Assembly: GCA_963841435.1 (NCBI GenBank)
Contig: CAWJCS010000001.1
Span: 224,001 to 288,000 of the forward strand
Direction of reading: 5' to 3'
Length of the DNA stretch: 64,000 nucleotides
Origin: an uncultured delta proteobacterium
GTDB lineage: Bacteria > Myxococcota_A > Polyangia > Polyangiales > Polyangiaceae
Part shown: positions 38,683 through 48,022 of the stretch, one piece after another
How positions within the stretch are numbered: the stretch's first letter is position 1
Layout of the letters: every line of letters begins with the position of its first letter
The notes under the pieces: generated by a model
What the model saw: only the letters and a program-made list of their open reading frames with translations
The model's database searches: none
Told to the model about the DNA's origin: nothing
Position numbers and translations under genes: made by a program

Positions 38683-39265
38683 CTACGGCTGCACGAACCG
38701 CACGGCGAACGGCTGGCATTCCGTCGGCTCGACCGCTTCCCAGAGGTCGCTCGCAAGCTCGAACACGTTGTCGGGGACGACCATCGAGAACGTTTCGCCG
38801 TGCGCTCGATTGCGCTCTCGAACACGCTCCAGCCGAACCTCGCGCGGGGCGTCCAGCACGTGCAACTGCATCTCGAGCCGAGCCTGCCGCACGAGAGCAT
38901 AGAACGCCAGGCGCTCGCTCTGCCGGATGAGCCCGAGCTCCAGCACTGCTGCCACGCCGCGCTCGGCCACGCTCCTCGCCACCACCCAGATCTGTTCGAC
39001 GGCGCGGCGAGCACGCTCTCGGTACCACTCCATCACGCCGTCGTCCGGACGGTCCGCGCGGAAGAGGCGCGCCATCCACTCGTCGAGCGTGAACTGCACC
39101 GCCCCTCGCTCTCGGGCGAGCGCGAGCGCGTACGTTCAACTTCCCGGCCCCGACGGGGCCGAGAATCAGGTGCACCCGGGCGCGCTCTTGCAGGGCGCCC
39201 GCCCCATCGGGTACGATCGAGATCGATTTGGGGTGGGCAAGCGGGGTCTGGGTCGGCTTCGCCAT
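38683..39265 (-). pseudogene. AAA_33-type P-loop kinase/ATPase, frameshifted in Walker A near 39137
   Basis: HLILGPVGAGK in one frame, then TYALALARERGAVQFTLDEWM...VLELGL...RLERVRERN in another. Confidence 0.8.
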
Positions 39266-39351
39266 GGGCGAACGTTCGCCGTTCCCTGCCGTAATTGGGA
39301 GCTAGCGCTTCGCCACGAGAGGCCAGCCGAATGCGGAGGCGTGCGTGGCGC

Positions 39352-39618
39352 TCAGTCGGTCGTGCGCCGCCCGCGGCCGACTCGCTTCGCCGGTCCGGCG
39401 CTCGCGCTCGGCCCGCGGCGTGGCACGAAGCTTCGGCGACCGCTGCCGTAGAGCTCGCGCAGCGCCTGAAAGGTGCGCGCGCCGGAGTTCTCGGCGATGA
39501 GAGCGTGACCACGGCAAAGCACGACGGTGCGCTCGTCGAGCGGCACCTCGACGAGCTTCCGCCCGGCGCGTGCCACCTCGGGCATGAAATTCTCGCAAAC
39601 TTCGCAACTGTGTCCCAT
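39352..39618 (-). CDS. Small putative Zn-binding protein (CxxC...CxxH)
   Basis: MGHSCEVC...VVLCRGHA; basic tail ending GRRTTD. Confidence 0.65.
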   Translation of the reverse strand: MGHSCEVCENFMPEVARAGRKLVEVPLDERTVVLCRGHALIAENSGARTFQALRELYGSGRRSFVPRRGPSASAGPAKRVGRGRRTTD

Positions 39619-39727
39619 CTCGAAAGCGTGCGGCGCCTCCGGGCACCGGGCCAAGTTTCGATGGGGTGCGCGGGTCAGCTGGCTGTTTGCCGCCGACGCA
39701 CGAAGTGTGGCTGAACCATGTTGCGGC

Positions 39728-39743
39728 CGCAGCGGTCGTGCCC
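39728..39743 (-). promoter_or_regulatory. Possible sigma-54 promoter
   Basis: Minus strand GGGCACGACCGCTGCG, GG-N10-GC, about 110 nt upstream of ATG 39618. Confidence 0.4.
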
Positions 39744-40085
39744 CGTGAGCTCGACCTGCCGCCGCTCCTTCACGCCCGCGAACCGCGATGTGCCGTCGAA
39801 ACGAACCAGGCGAGCACGAGCGCAGCTCCCCACCGGCCACGGCTCCGTGCCCACGCGATCACGGCTCGAGTCTAGTACGGTCGCGGTGCCGTGATTCGAG
39901 GTCAGTCGGATCAGGCTGCCTGGACCGCCAACGTCAGCGCTCGAAACCGGGCGGGATGAGCTCACAGGGGAGCCCCCCCTCCGGCGGGCGCGGCAGGGTT
40001 CCCGGCCCGTCGTCGCAGTCGCCCGTCGGCAAGCCGACCCCGGGCTTTGCGGTCGCCGCGCGCAACGGAGCTAGGCTTCAACCGG

Positions 40086-40448
40086 ATGCGCGCTCCCTGG
40101 CCCTGCTCGCTCGCATTCGTCGCGGGCTTTCTCGCCTTGGCCGGCTGCGGCGGCGACGATCAAGTGTCGCTCGAGTGCAAATTCACGGAACCCACGGAGT
40201 GCGTTCAGCCGGCGCCACGCTATTCCGACGTCGAGCCGATCTTCCAGGGTCGCTGCGTGCCGTGCCACGTTGGCGGAAGAGGTGAGCCCTGGGCGCTCAC
40301 CGACTACGAGCACATCGCGGACTGGTGGGATCTCGTCGAATACGATCTCGGCAACTGCTCGATGCCGCCCGCCGACGCCAAAGCCCCCCTGACGCGAGCC
40401 GAGCGCGAAAAGATCCTGATGTGGCTCCGCTGCGGCTTCCCCCCGTGA
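40086..40448 (+). CDS. Small monoheme cytochrome c lipoprotein (copy 1)
   Basis: LAGC lipobox; YSDVEPIFQGRCVPCH; SMPP distal Met; LT..ER..I..W. Confidence 0.85.
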   Translation: MRAPWPCSLAFVAGFLALAGCGGDDQVSLECKFTEPTECVQPAPRYSDVEPIFQGRCVPCHVGGRGEPWALTDYEHIADWWDLVEYDLGNCSMPPADAKAPLTRAEREKILMWLRCGFPP

Positions 40449-40490
40449 GCTTTCGGTCGCTGGCCCGCCGTGGTAGATTTCTTGCTCGGC

Positions 40491-40653
40491 ATGAAGCGCA
40501 AGGCTTGGGTTGGCGGCGTGGTCGGAACGCATGCGGAGCTCGACGCCGAGGACCGGCGCTTCTGGCAAGAAGCAGGACCCTCGGCCCGAGTGATGGCGTC
40601 GCTGTCCTTGTCCCTTCAGCTGTCCGCTCTAGGCAATCCAGATGGATCTCCCC
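40491..40653 (+). CDS. Small putative antitoxin-like protein; apparently fused to the next gene by a 1-nt indel, true end uncertain
   Basis: MKRKAW...ELDAEDRRFWQEAGPSARV; a separate out-of-frame ATG (MDLP) lies at 40642. Confidence 0.5.
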
Positions 40654-41130
40654 GGGATTTGATCGAGCTGTTTTCGGCGTTCGGACGCGAAAAGGTCCGC
40701 TATCTGCTGGTCGGCGGCCACGCCGTCGCGGCGCACGGCCGGCCGCGCTCGACCAAAGACGTTGACCTCTGGCTCGGTCCGGGGACGGCCAACGTCCTGC
40801 GAGCATGCCGGGCGCTTTCGAGCTTCGGCGCGCCGGCGGAAATCGTGGCCGCTCTGCGGGAGTCGGGTCCGGACGACATCGTCTGGATGGGCAGGGCGCC
40901 TACGCGCATCGATCTGCTTCGCTCCCTCCCGGCGGTCGAGTTCGACGCTGCCTGGCCGCGTCGGCTCAGGGTTGACATCGCAGGCGTTTCCGTGCCGGTC
41001 ATCGGCAAGGCGGATCTCATCACGAACAAGACGTTCGTCGGGAGACCGCAGGATCGGCGAGACGTTCCGGGCGCTCTCGGGAACGGCCGCGACGACGAAG
41101 CGAAAGATTCGCCGCCAGCGACGAAGCTGA
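40642..41130 (+). pseudogene. Nucleotidyltransferase (DUF6036-like) with two 1-nt indels (~40651 and ~41067)
   Basis: YLLVGGHAVAAHGRPRSTKDVDLW...RIDLL...DLITNK...GRPQD..DV; correcting both indels gives MDLPRDL...DVRALSG...RRS*. Confidence 0.75.
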
Positions 41131-41180
41131 GCTCGGGAGACGAGGCAGTCCACGCCGGCAGCGCGGTCGCATCCGCCACG

Positions 41181-42071
41181 TCACGTGACGACGCGATTGC
41201 GCCCGGCGCGCTTCGCTTCGTAGAGCTTCTCGTCGGCGCGCCGGAGGAGCGCCTCGAAATCCGCGTCGTCTTCGTGGAGCTCGGCGCACCCGACGCTGAC
41301 GGTGACGGCGATCGAACGGCTGCGGTACTCGGTGACGAGCGCCTCGACGGACGCGCGGACCCGCTCGGCGACGACGGCGGCTTCAGCGAGGTCGGACTGA
41401 GGCATGAGGATCGCCAGCTCCTCGCCACCGTACCTTGCGACGGTGTCGCCGGTCCGCGTGGCGTCCCGCACGGCATGGGCGACGCGGGCGAGCACGGCGT
41501 CCCCCGCTTGGTGGCCGTGGTCGTCGTTGACCTGCTTGAAGTGATCGATATCGACCATGAACAAGCTCGTCGGCAGCACATGGCGGCGCGCGCGAGAAAA
41601 TTCACGTGCGCACTCGGCGTCGAGCGCGCGGCGGTTCGGGAGCCCCGTGAGGTTATCGGTGATCGACTGCTTGTAGATCTCGTCGTGGTAGGCCGACTCG
41701 ACGTCGTCACCGGCCAAGAACTTGAAGATGTGCGTCCCCAGCTTGACGAGATCACCACGGCCGAGCTCCACGCAGCCGTCGACTTCCCGGTCGTTCAGGA
41801 ACGTGCGGTTGCGCGAGCCCACATCCATCAACACCCACTTCTTGCCTCGCGGCTCGATGCGCGCGTGCCGGCGCGACACTTCCTCGTCCTCGAGCACGAT
41901 GTCGTTCGAGGTATCTCGCCCCATGCGCATCACCCGATCGAGATCGACCCGCTGAGTGAGCGGCAGCGCGCCGCGCCGATAAATAAGTACCAAGCACGCA
42001 CGATCTTTCAGCTGCGGCAGTAACCCCGGGTCCTCGACCGACACCGCGGTATCTTCGTCGTGGAAGCCCAT
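41181..42071 (-). CDS. FHA-GGDEF diguanylate cyclase
   Basis: MGRD...VSRRHA...D.GSRN.TF (FHA); DNLTGLPNRR, DIDHFKQVND.HGHQAGD, ARYGGEEL, YEAKRAGRN. Confidence 0.95.
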   Translation of the reverse strand: MGFHDEDTAVSVEDPGLLPQLKDRACLVLIYRRGALPLTQRVDLDRVMRMGRDTSNDIVLEDEEVSRRHARIEPRGKKWVLMDVGSRNRTFLNDREVDGCVELGRGDLVKLGTHIFKFLAGDDVESAYHDEIYKQSITDNLTGLPNRRALDAECAREFSRARRHVLPTSLFMVDIDHFKQVNDDHGHQAGDAVLARVAHAVRDATRTGDTVARYGGEELAILMPQSDLAEAAVVAERVRASVEALVTEYRSRSIAVTVSVGCAELHEDDADFEALLRRADEKLYEAKRAGRNRVVT

Positions 42072-42177
42072 CAGCCTGTGATCATGACACGATACGGGTG
42101 TGCAGCGAAGCGCGTCTCGCGCCGTGGCGCCGAGAGGTCATGCGATGTGCGATGACGTGCGACAAGGTGCGGCAGTC

Positions 42178-42675
42178 GTGAACGACCGGACGCTCTACCT
42201 CGTGTGTGGTCTTCCCGGCTCCGGCAAGACGACGCGCGCACGGCGGATCGTCGACACCGTGGGCGCCGTGCACGTCTCCGCCGACGAATGGATCGTGCGC
42301 CTCGGCATCAGCCTCGTGGACTTCGAGTTTCGCGTGAAGCTCCAGGGCTGTCTGCTCGAGCACGCCGGCGAGCTCTTGCGCCGCGGCATCGGCGTCGTCA
42401 TCGAATTCGGTTCCTGGCATCGCAACGAGCGCGAAACAATCCGCCGGGTTGGCGTCCAGTCCGGTGCCAAAACGGAGCTTCACTTCCTGGATGCCGGCGT
42501 CGAAGAGCTGGCACGCCGCGTCCGCGCACGAGGCGGCCCCGACGCAGAAGCCCTCGCCTCGACGGTGCTGGAGCGGCAGGCCCACCGCTTCGAGCGACCA
42601 ACGTCGGGCGAAATCGCGTCGTTCGATCGCTACGTCGGGCCGGGGGAGCAGTGGGATGCGGCGCGCCGGTATTGA
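42178..42675 (+). CDS. AAA_33-type P-loop kinase/ATPase
   Basis: LYLVCGLPGSGKTT, VSADEW, VVIEFGSW...ER, FERP. Confidence 0.88.
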   Translation: MNDRTLYLVCGLPGSGKTTRARRIVDTVGAVHVSADEWIVRLGISLVDFEFRVKLQGCLLEHAGELLRRGIGVVIEFGSWHRNERETIRRVGVQSGAKTELHFLDAGVEELARRVRARGGPDAEALASTVLERQAHRFERPTSGEIASFDRYVGPGEQWDAARRY

Positions 42676-42805
42676 CCAACGTCGCCGGGCTACGGACGGG
42701 CGGAGGCTCGTGGTGCTCGGCCTCGTGGTGCTCGGGCTCTGCTCACCCGTGCGCGGGGCACACGCCGCCGCGAGCGCGCCGCGCTGCGGGGACGAACGCG
42801 CCGCC

Positions 42806-43951
42806 TCAGCCTTGGCGCCCGACGAAGTTGAGCGCGAGCATGCGCCGGTAGTGACCGAAGTAGAGCTTTACCATCGCGAGGAATGCCGTTGCGATGAGCG
42901 GTCCGTAGAGCAGCCCGAGCACGCCGAACGCCGCGAGGCCTCCGAGAATCGAGAGGAATGCCAGGAGATCCGGCATGGCCGCGCCCGCACCGATCAGCTT
43001 CGTCTTGACGACATTTTCGAAAATCCCAGCCTGCGCCAGACAGAAGGCCAGGAACAGAATCGCCTTCAGCGACGAGCCCGTCACGAACAGGTAGATCCCG
43101 AAAGGGATCACCACGATGGAGACGCCGGCGAGCGGTAGGAACGCGAGAATGCTCATCACGGCTCCCCAAAAAAGAGCCGAGGGCAGCCCCGCCGCCCACA
43201 TCGCGATGCCGCAGAGCGCACCCTGGCCGACGCTACCGATCCCGTTGCCGATCAGCGTGCCCTTGGCGACTCGACCGAAGGTCCGCACGAGCATTTCCTC
43301 CTGCTCATCGGGCAGCGGCGACAGCTTGAAGATGAAGCTTTGCAAGCGGTCGGCGTCGATCAGCAAGTAAAAGACGATCACGAGGATGACGGCGATGTGG
43401 ACCGCAAACGCGAACAAGTTCGAAAGGACGCTCCCGCCCACCTCGACGGCGTGCTCGTCCACCACTTGCCCAAATCGCAGCAACAAGGTGTTGACCTGCT
43501 CGGGGGAGATCCGAACCCCCACCGTGGCCAACAAGCGCTCCGCTTCCTCGATCACGCCGGCGGTCGGTCCGCCGCCGCTCGCGCTCGAGCTGAGCATGTT
43601 GGCAAAGGCTCCGTAAGCGGCACCCGCCTGCTGCATCAGCGCGCTCGCCAGGAAGGAGAGAGGCACGGCTACGAGCAGAAGCACGGCCACGGTGACCGTG
43701 CCCGAGGCAAGCCAGCTCTTGCCGCCGAGCCAGGCGCGCAGGCGCAGGTACCAGGGCCGGAACATCGCCACCAACACCATCGACAGCACGATGTCGTGCC
43801 CGAAGGCGGAAAGCGTGTAGGCCAGGGCCACGATCGACGAGACGAAGAGCAGTCCGAAGAACGCCGGCCCAAGTCGGTTCTGATCGAAGAGATCCAGCCC
43901 CTCCTGAGTCGTCAAAACGCGCTTTTGTGCTTCCTTTTCGCTATCGGTCAT
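42806..43951 (-). CDS. AI-2E family transporter
   Basis: Multi-TM protein; FYLLID, SPLP, QG, AFLPLAG, GGLAAFGVLGLLYGP. Confidence 0.9.
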   Translation of the reverse strand: MTDSEKEAQKRVLTTQEGLDLFDQNRLGPAFFGLLFVSSIVALAYTLSAFGHDIVLSMVLVAMFRPWYLRLRAWLGGKSWLASGTVTVAVLLLVAVPLSFLASALMQQAGAAYGAFANMLSSSASGGGPTAGVIEEAERLLATVGVRISPEQVNTLLLRFGQVVDEHAVEVGGSVLSNLFAFAVHIAVILVIVFYLLIDADRLQSFIFKLSPLPDEQEEMLVRTFGRVAKGTLIGNGIGSVGQGALCGIAMWAAGLPSALFWGAVMSILAFLPLAGVSIVVIPFGIYLFVTGSSLKAILFLAFCLAQAGIFENVVKTKLIGAGAAMPDLLAFLSILGGLAAFGVLGLLYGPLIATAFLAMVKLYFGHYRRMLALNFVGRQG

Positions 43952-44028
43952 GGCGCCTCGACCGCGAGCTTACACCAGCGCTCCGGCCCCCGAACGCCGG
44001 CACGCGCGGGCTGCGCGGTGGCGACTTT

Positions 44029-44044
44029 TGGCACGATCAGTGCT
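44029..44044 (+). promoter_or_regulatory. Sigma-54 -24/-12 promoter
   Basis: TGGCACGATCAGTGCT, GG-N10-GC, 43 nt before ATG 44087. Confidence 0.65.
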
Positions 44045-44086
44045 CGCGCCTCGCCGCTGCGCGCGAGAGAGCTACGCTCGAGCGGG

Positions 44087-44446
44087 ATGCGCGCTCCCTG
44101 GCTTCGCTCACTAGCACTCGTCGCGGGTTGCCTCGCCGCGACGAGCTGCGGCGGCGACGACCAGCCGCTAGCGTGCAAGTTCACGACGCCCACCGAGTGC
44201 GTTCAACCGGCGCCTCGCTACGCCGATGTCGAGCCGATCTTCCAAGGCAGCTGCATCGAGTGCCACAACGGCGTGAAGGGCGAGCAGTGGGCGCTGACCG
44301 ACTACGAGCACATCACGGACTGGTGGGATCTCGTCGAGTACGACTTGAGCAACTGCTCGATGCCACCCGCCGACGCCAAAGTTCCCCTGACGCGAGCCGA
44401 GCGCGAAAAGATCCTGATGTGGCTCCGCTGCGGCTTCCCGCAGTGA
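44087..44446 (+). CDS. Small monoheme cytochrome c lipoprotein (copy 2)
   Basis: ATSC lipobox; CIECH; near-identical to 40086..40448 over most of its length. Confidence 0.85.
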   Translation: MRAPWLRSLALVAGCLAATSCGGDDQPLACKFTTPTECVQPAPRYADVEPIFQGSCIECHNGVKGEQWALTDYEHITDWWDLVEYDLSNCSMPPADAKVPLTRAEREKILMWLRCGFPQ

Positions 44447-44535
44447 CGGTCGGCGAGGCGCGCGACGAGCGCATCGAGAAACCCCGCGCCGCCCGTTGGC
44501 GAGCTGCGCCGCCGGTTTGGCAAAGATATTGCTTG

Positions 44536-45606
44536 ATGCGGCGCGTGAACGATCTTGTGCCAGCGTGGGCCACGCAACGAAGCTTCGGGCTTCGCCTGGG
44601 CTCGCTCGTGTTGCTCGCGCTGGTCGCGAGCTGTGGCTCGAGCAGGAGCGATTCCGCCGTCGGAGGGCCCGAAGCGGGCGACGCCGGCACGGGCGCAGCA
44701 GGTGGTAGCGGAACGGGTAGCGGTGGCACCGCGGGTGGCGCGGGCTCGGCAGGAGGCTCGGGCCAAAGCGGCACGGGCGGCGCGAGTGGTGCGGGTTCGG
44801 GAGGGGGTGCGGGCGATGCCGGAAGCAGCTCGGGCGGAGCCGGCGTGGGTGGCAGCTCGGGTAGCGGCGGTTCGGGTGGGAGCGCCGGCCTCGACTCGAT
44901 GCGCGATCCAATCGAAAACCCGGACGCGTGCCCCGTCATGGACCCGAGCGAAGGCGAGCCGTGCCCCGAATACGGGCTCATCTGCAAATACGGCGACGAC
45001 CCGAACTGCCGGAGTCGCTGGGGCTGCGGCCAGGTCTGTGATCCGGTGTGCACCGAGGCCCTCGGGTGGCAACAGAACTACGGCAAAAGAGATTGTCCCG
45101 GGACGTGCCCAGCGAGCGAGCCCACGGCAGGCGACCCCTGCACTAGTGACTTCACCCTTTGCACGTACGGCGACGACCCCGCTTGCCGGAGCGAGTGGGA
45201 GTGCAAGGGCGGAGCGTGGCGTGTCCTCGTGAAGGCGCGCGACTGCGACGGCTCGGTGAGCTGCCCGGACGAGGCGCCGCTCGCGCTCACCACGTGCGAC
45301 GCCTCCGAAGTGACGCCGTCCGGCGGCCGCTGCGTCTACCAGTACGGCGCGATCTGTACGTGCGATTGCCTCTGGGACCTCGGCGGCGCGCAAGCCTCCG
45401 GCCTCCAGATCCACTGGGACTGCAGCATCCTCACGCCCTACAACGGAGTCCTCGACCCGAGCTGCCCCCTCGGTCTCCCCACGCCGGGCTCCCCCTGCAC
45501 CGGCGACAGCGAGTGCAGCTACCCCGCGGCCGACATCTGCGAGGTCCCGAACAACAATACAACCGTCGCCCGCTGCGTGTCGGGAGCGTGGGAGATCTTG
45601 CCCTGA
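44536..45606 (+). CDS. Lipoprotein with Gly-rich linker and four Cys-rich CP...P..G..C...C.Y repeats
   Basis: LVASC lipobox; repeated CP.....G.PC...C.YG modules. Confidence 0.85.
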   Translation: MRRVNDLVPAWATQRSFGLRLGSLVLLALVASCGSSRSDSAVGGPEAGDAGTGAAGGSGTGSGGTAGGAGSAGGSGQSGTGGASGAGSGGGAGDAGSSSGGAGVGGSSGSGGSGGSAGLDSMRDPIENPDACPVMDPSEGEPCPEYGLICKYGDDPNCRSRWGCGQVCDPVCTEALGWQQNYGKRDCPGTCPASEPTAGDPCTSDFTLCTYGDDPACRSEWECKGGAWRVLVKARDCDGSVSCPDEAPLALTTCDASEVTPSGGRCVYQYGAICTCDCLWDLGGAQASGLQIHWDCSILTPYNGVLDPSCPLGLPTPGSPCTGDSECSYPAADICEVPNNNTTVARCVSGAWEILP

Positions 45607-45663
45607 GTAGGCCGCGCCGACGCCCGTTACGCTACGGATTCAACGTGCTAGCGTGCCGAGCGG

Positions 45664-46505
45664 ATGACCCGTGGGGCACGTCTTCTGCTGCTCGGGGCGT
45701 CGGTCGTCGGCTGCGCCGCGGCGTGCGGCTCGAGCAACGGGGCGCCGGGCGCGCCGGATGCCGGGGGCGGGCGCCAGGCCGGTGGAGAGGCAGGGCGCGG
45801 CGAGCTCGACGGGGGTGACAGCGGTGGCGGCGCCGGCGGCGCGTTCGGCGAGGCTGGCCTCTCCGGCGCCGGCGAAATCGGCGAAGCTGGGGCCACCGGA
45901 CATGTTCACGGCGTAGTCATCGACTTTGCAACGGCACGACCGTTGCCCGATCGCGAGGTGACGATTGACGGAGCCACCACGCTAACCGACGCGCTCGGTG
46001 GATTCGACCTCACCGTTCGGAATGCGCCGTTCGACGTCGTCATCGCGGAGCCTGACGGAGCGAGCGTGAGCGTGTACGAGGGCCTGCGAAGCTCCGAGCT
46101 GGCCTTGCCCCATGCCTCGTCGGCCACTTCGCCGCCCCCCGCGCACAGCGCCGATATCCAAGGTACCCTGTCGGGCGCCGGCGACTATCCGCTCGACAGC
46201 AGCGAGGGGGCGTCGCTTCACTTTCTCGCCGACCGGGCTGCCAACACACTGCTCGTGCCCTCGTCGTTCGGACCCGACTACGGGCCGATGAGCGTGTTTT
46301 GGGACGGGCCCGAGTCGATCACCGGCAAGCTCGTCGCGCTGCGCTTCTCCGTGGATGACGAAGGGACCATTCACTACCAGGGTGCCGCGGTGAGCGAGCT
46401 GACGCTTTCGGACGGCGAGGTCACCGAACGCGACATCGACCTGGCCGCACCGGTCGAGGGTCGGCTCACCGGCACCATACGGGTTCCCGACGGGCAGAGC
46501 GTTTC
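45664..46505 (+). pseudogene. Lipoprotein with beta-sandwich domains; appears truncated near 46505
   Basis: AAAC lipobox; protein-like to GRLTGTIRVPDGQSVS, then low-complexity read-through into the antisense of the next gene. Confidence 0.5.
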
Positions 46506-46733
46506 GTGTCCTCCAGGTCCCTCCGGAGCTGCTCGAGCCCGAGGATCACCGTGTGATCACGGAAGATACGGCGTTTTCGTTCTCGCCCTTCGAGCGCGGC
46601 GTGCACCGGGTCGCGTTCGAAGCGCCCTTGCCCTCGGCGTTGACGCCGAACGTCTACATTTTCACTGCCCGCTCGAGCGTGGCCTGGTTGACGAACGCTG
46701 GCGGCCCGATCACCACGGCGCCCTGAGGCGGCG

Positions 46734-47325
46734 TCAACAGTTGCGAACGACCTCGCACTCGCTCGGGAACACGCACCCCTTGTCGGGGACCAGCGCCTCC
46801 TCGCACGCCTCCCATTGTCCGACCGTCAGCCCGCAATCGGCGGGAAACTCGATGAGCTTACACTGCGTCTGATTGTCGTACGTCTTTACGGTGATGTTGC
46901 CGCCCGTAGGTGATGTTGCCGCCCGTACAAGCCGTCTCCTGCCCGTAGCCGCCGCGCAGCCCCTGCGACCAGTCACACAGCATCCCCTTCTCATCGTCGG
47001 TCAGGTCGCCAACGTCTCGGCTCGTGTTGACGTTCGGAGGGTCCGTGATCCCACCCCCCGTGCCGGCGCCTCCCCCGGTGCCGGCGCTTCCCCCGGTGCC
47101 GGCGCTTCCCCCGGTCGCCGAGCCGCCGCTCCCCGCGCCGGCGCCGCCGGTCCCGCCCCCCGTGCCGCTCCCTCCGCTCCCCGCATTGCCGCCCGCGGCC
47201 GACGAGCCACCGGCACCGCCTGAACCGCCAGCGCCGCCCGCCCCAGCCGCATCGTCGTCTCCCCCACCGCAGCCCGCTATCAACAGCGCCACCGACAAGG
47301 CGACGCTCGTCACGCGCACTCTCAT
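46734..47325 (-). pseudogene. Gly-linker Cys-rich lipoprotein frameshifted by a 19-bp tandem duplication
   Basis: IAGC lipobox; removing one GGTGATGTTGCCGCCCGTA copy joins ACTGGNIT to VKTYDNQTQCKL...CEVVRNC*. Confidence 0.85.
46890..46927. repeat. 19-bp perfect tandem duplication
   Basis: GGTGATGTTGCCGCCCGTA x2. Confidence 0.95.
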
Positions 47326-47357
47326 GTCCGCAGACCTATCCGCGCCGTCTCACTCCG

Positions 47358-47819
47358 TCAACGCGCTGACCCCCACAGCCGATTCGCGACGTGCAGCTCA
47401 ATCGCGTCGCCGGCGCGGTCGTCACCGAGGCGCGTGAGGAGCGCGCCGAGCTCCGCATGAGGTTCCCGCGGAGCTTCCAGGTGCAGTACCCGACGCATGG
47501 CAAGCTCGGTCTCGCCGCGCGCACCGGCAAGCGTCATTCCGAGCGCGGCCGACGCGCTGAGCGGGGAAAAAACCAGGTTGTCGCGCGCCGCGTGAGTGCG
47601 CGCGAGCGCAAGGTAGAGATCGAAGCCGAGCTGATTGCTCGAAATCGCCGCCCGCGTCGGTGGGGGCCGCTCCTCGGCGTCCCGACCCGTGGGCGCGGGA
47701 GGCGGCGCTACGGGCGGTGCCGGACCGGCAGCGCAAGCAACCGCGAGCTGGCAGGCGAACACCGTCGCGCCCAGCAAAACGACGCGTGGCGAGAGAAGCG
47801 CGGGGAGACGGGAGAGCAT
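47358..47819 (-). pseudogene. Truncated serpin (N-terminal third only)
   Basis: NQLGFDLY, NLVFSPLSASAALGMTLAGARGET, LHVANRLW, then a stop; no reactive-centre loop. Confidence 0.85.
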
Positions 47820-48022
47820 GTTGGTCGTCACGCCTTGCCGGCGGGGCGGGGGAGCGACCAACCCGTAGCGCAGTCGATGCGAGTCGTCAGCAGCCGTCAG
47901 GGCGCGGATCGTACGTGCGACCGCCCATGCCCGGCCTCTTCTCACTACGAGAGTGCTCGAAGCACCGCGGACAGCGCTCGACGCCCCGTCACGGGGGCAT
48001 CGAGCGCCTGGGTGATGCCAGA

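Noticed and set aside
40470-42023. 517-aa nucleotidyltransferase fusion
   Set aside because: Produced by two 1-nt indels; the tail is antisense to the FHA-GGDEF gene
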